Shown: one piece after another, positions 62,048 to 64,000 of the stretch | How the letters are laid out: every line of letters begins with the position of its first letter | Numbering within the stretch: the first letter of the stretch is position 1 | Origin: Hydrolagus colliei | Lineage: Eukaryota | Length of the DNA stretch: 64,000 bases | Direction of reading: 5' to 3' | Assembly (NCBI GenBank): GCA_035084275.1 | Contig: CM068753.1 | Span: forward strand, 13,826,001-13,890,000 | The notes under the pieces: model-generated | Databases searched by the model: none | What the model was told of the DNA's origin: nothing | What the model saw: the letters and a program-made list of their open reading frames with translations, nothing else | Program-made: the position numbers and the translations under genes

Positions 62048-63088
62048 TAGGATCCGTCGATATGGAAATTTTCCGATTAAATATATCGATGGGCTCATAT
62101 CGAGATATACCGAAATATCGATATTTTCGGGTTTTTCGTACTGCGCATGCGCGCATTTGGAGTGCGCGCGCGTTCCTGGTGCGCGCGCATTCCGGGCTTA
62201 TCTTCTCAGGAGGTAAATAACTTTCTCTCTCTGTGTCTCTCACTTTCTCCATTTGTGTGTTTTTCTGTCTGTGTGTCTCTGTGTCTCTCTCCCTCTCTCC
62301 TCTCTCACATCCCCCCCCATCTCTATCTAACTGTATATTATCACATCCACCCCGTCTCTCCCCCCCTACCCCCCCCCCGCCGTCCCTCTCTCGCACCCCA
62401 CACCCCCGTCGTCTCTCTCCCCCACCACCCCTCTAGCCGTCTCTTTCTCCATCCACCCCCCCCGCCGTCTCTCTCCCCCTCCCCCCCAGCCGTCTCTCTC
62501 ACCCCCCCAGCCGTCTTTCTCCCCACAGCTGTCTCTCTCCCCCTCCCCTCAGCCATCTCTCTCCCCCCTCCCCCCAGCCGTGTCTCTTCCCCCCCCCCCA
62601 GCCGTCTCTCTCCCCCCCCCCAGCCGTCTCTCTCCCCCCCCCCCACCAGCCGTCTCTCTCCCCCCCCCAGCCGTCTCTCTCCCCCTCCCCCTCCCCCCAG
62701 CCGTCTCTCTCCCCCTCCCCCTCCCCCCAGCCGTCTCTCTCCCCCTCCCCCCAGCCGTCTCTCTCCCCCTCACCCCCCCCCCAGCAGTCTCTCTACCCCT
62801 CACCACCCCACCCCCCCCAGCCGTCTCTCTCACCCCCCAACCCTTGCATACCTGTATATTGTAATCGAGGACTGTGAACACAATATGGCGGCTTTGCACC
62901 TCGGTCTGTGCATTGTGTGTAGAGATGAGCATTCTGGGTCTTGTAGTTCAGTGTGCTCGCACCCCGATTTTTTACCTCGATATATCGTTTTTTTCGATAT
63001 ATCGATATTTTTTAAATGTCTATATCGGCGTATCGATATGAAAATTATATCGGGTTTTAGCGATATATCAATATATCGCCGGACCCTA
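62048..63088. mobile_element. hAT-type minisatellite-containing element (copy 3)
   Basis: TIRs TAGGATCCGTCGATAT / ATATCGCCGGACCCTA (14/16). Perfect 8-bp TSD GTGTGCAA (62040-47 / 63089-96). Same internal organisation as copy 1. Confidence 0.92.
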
Positions 63089-64000
63089 GTGTGCAATGAT
63101 AAATGTTAAAGCGTGCATAATTCACATAAGTATGTGTTGCAAGGATTCCTCACTGTAACAATCGTCATGCTAATAATCTTGATGTAAGTTAATATGCTCT
63201 TTCAATATCGGATTGGAAATTTATACATCTAATGGGTGTTTTACCTAAGAGACAATTTTTATTATTTTTACTAAATAGGAGTTCTTTTAATACAGCTATC
63301 TGATACATGCTTTGTAAATATGAAACATACACAAATAGTTTGTGTTTCCTGCAAATGCAAATATGGATAGTTTGTGATTCATCAATTGTATTAATTGTCA
63401 CATCGTATTCATGTAGCTGGGAAATTCAGAATTAATACATTCAGAAATGTACTTCTGGTCTTAATTTTGTGTAGGATTGGGCCTATATGAATAATAGAAT
63501 TTAGATCTGAAAAGCCAAATCCTCTCCATCTTGCAGGAAACACCCAAACTAATTCTGTATGTTTCAAACTAACAAATTGAATTGAAAATGAGACATTGAT
63601 TTGAATGAGAAGTTGAAGTAAACACAAAATGACAGTTGCTCTTAATAAAAACATTTGTTTCAGAAATTATTACATTCATGTGTTTCTGGGTTTTGAAAAT
63701 CCTAATGGATCAAAAAAGGATCTATTCCTGGTAGAAAGTAGCAAAAATAAATTATGTCAAACCTGTGAGATATGAGTACTGGAATAAATTAAGATTTAAT
63801 TTAACTGGTGTTGCGTGTAGAGCATGCTCTGATGGTTCCATAGCTCAGTTGTGACTTCTAGTGGTAGTAATATAGCATTACAATTTTATGGTTGGTCCTT
63901 TGGATTTGTGAAAGTGTTGATGCTGCAAGAACATGCATGCCCACAAACAAGTGTGTTCCATCGTAATCTCAAAGTATTGCAAATCTGGCATTCAACACTT

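Overview
This is vertebrate genomic DNA, AT-rich and repeat-dense. The repeat content (Deu-domain tRNA SINEs, L2 and CR1 LINEs) suggests a cartilaginous fish, possibly a chimaera; the taxon is an inference. The window appears to lie entirely inside one + strand gene, SUCLG2 (GDP-forming succinyl-CoA ligase beta subunit). Only two coding exons are visible: 32588-32729 (142 nt) and 61643-61742 (100 nt), joined in frame across a 28.9-kb GT-AG intron. The rest is intronic: about 18 copies or fragments of a tRNA/Deu/L2-tail SINE, many decayed L2 and CR1 pieces (often nested), a solo LTR, a probable non-autonomous Helitron and several non-autonomous DNA transposons. Nearly all ORFs in the supplied track are spurious or LINE debris. 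I see no evidence for a new protein-coding system. The most interesting signals are mobile-DNA architecture: (1) three copies of a hAT-type element with a C/T minisatellite, NRF1/YY1-like motifs and near-identical 8-bp target sites; (2) a Tigger-type element with an inverted duplication of the transposase 5' end; (3) a MITE whose TIRs start with a 20-bp palindrome; (4) recurrent ~55-nt insertions made only of the L2 3' stem-loop and tail. Family names come from recalled consensus motifs, not database searches, and repeat boundaries are approximate unless TIRs or TSDs are quoted.
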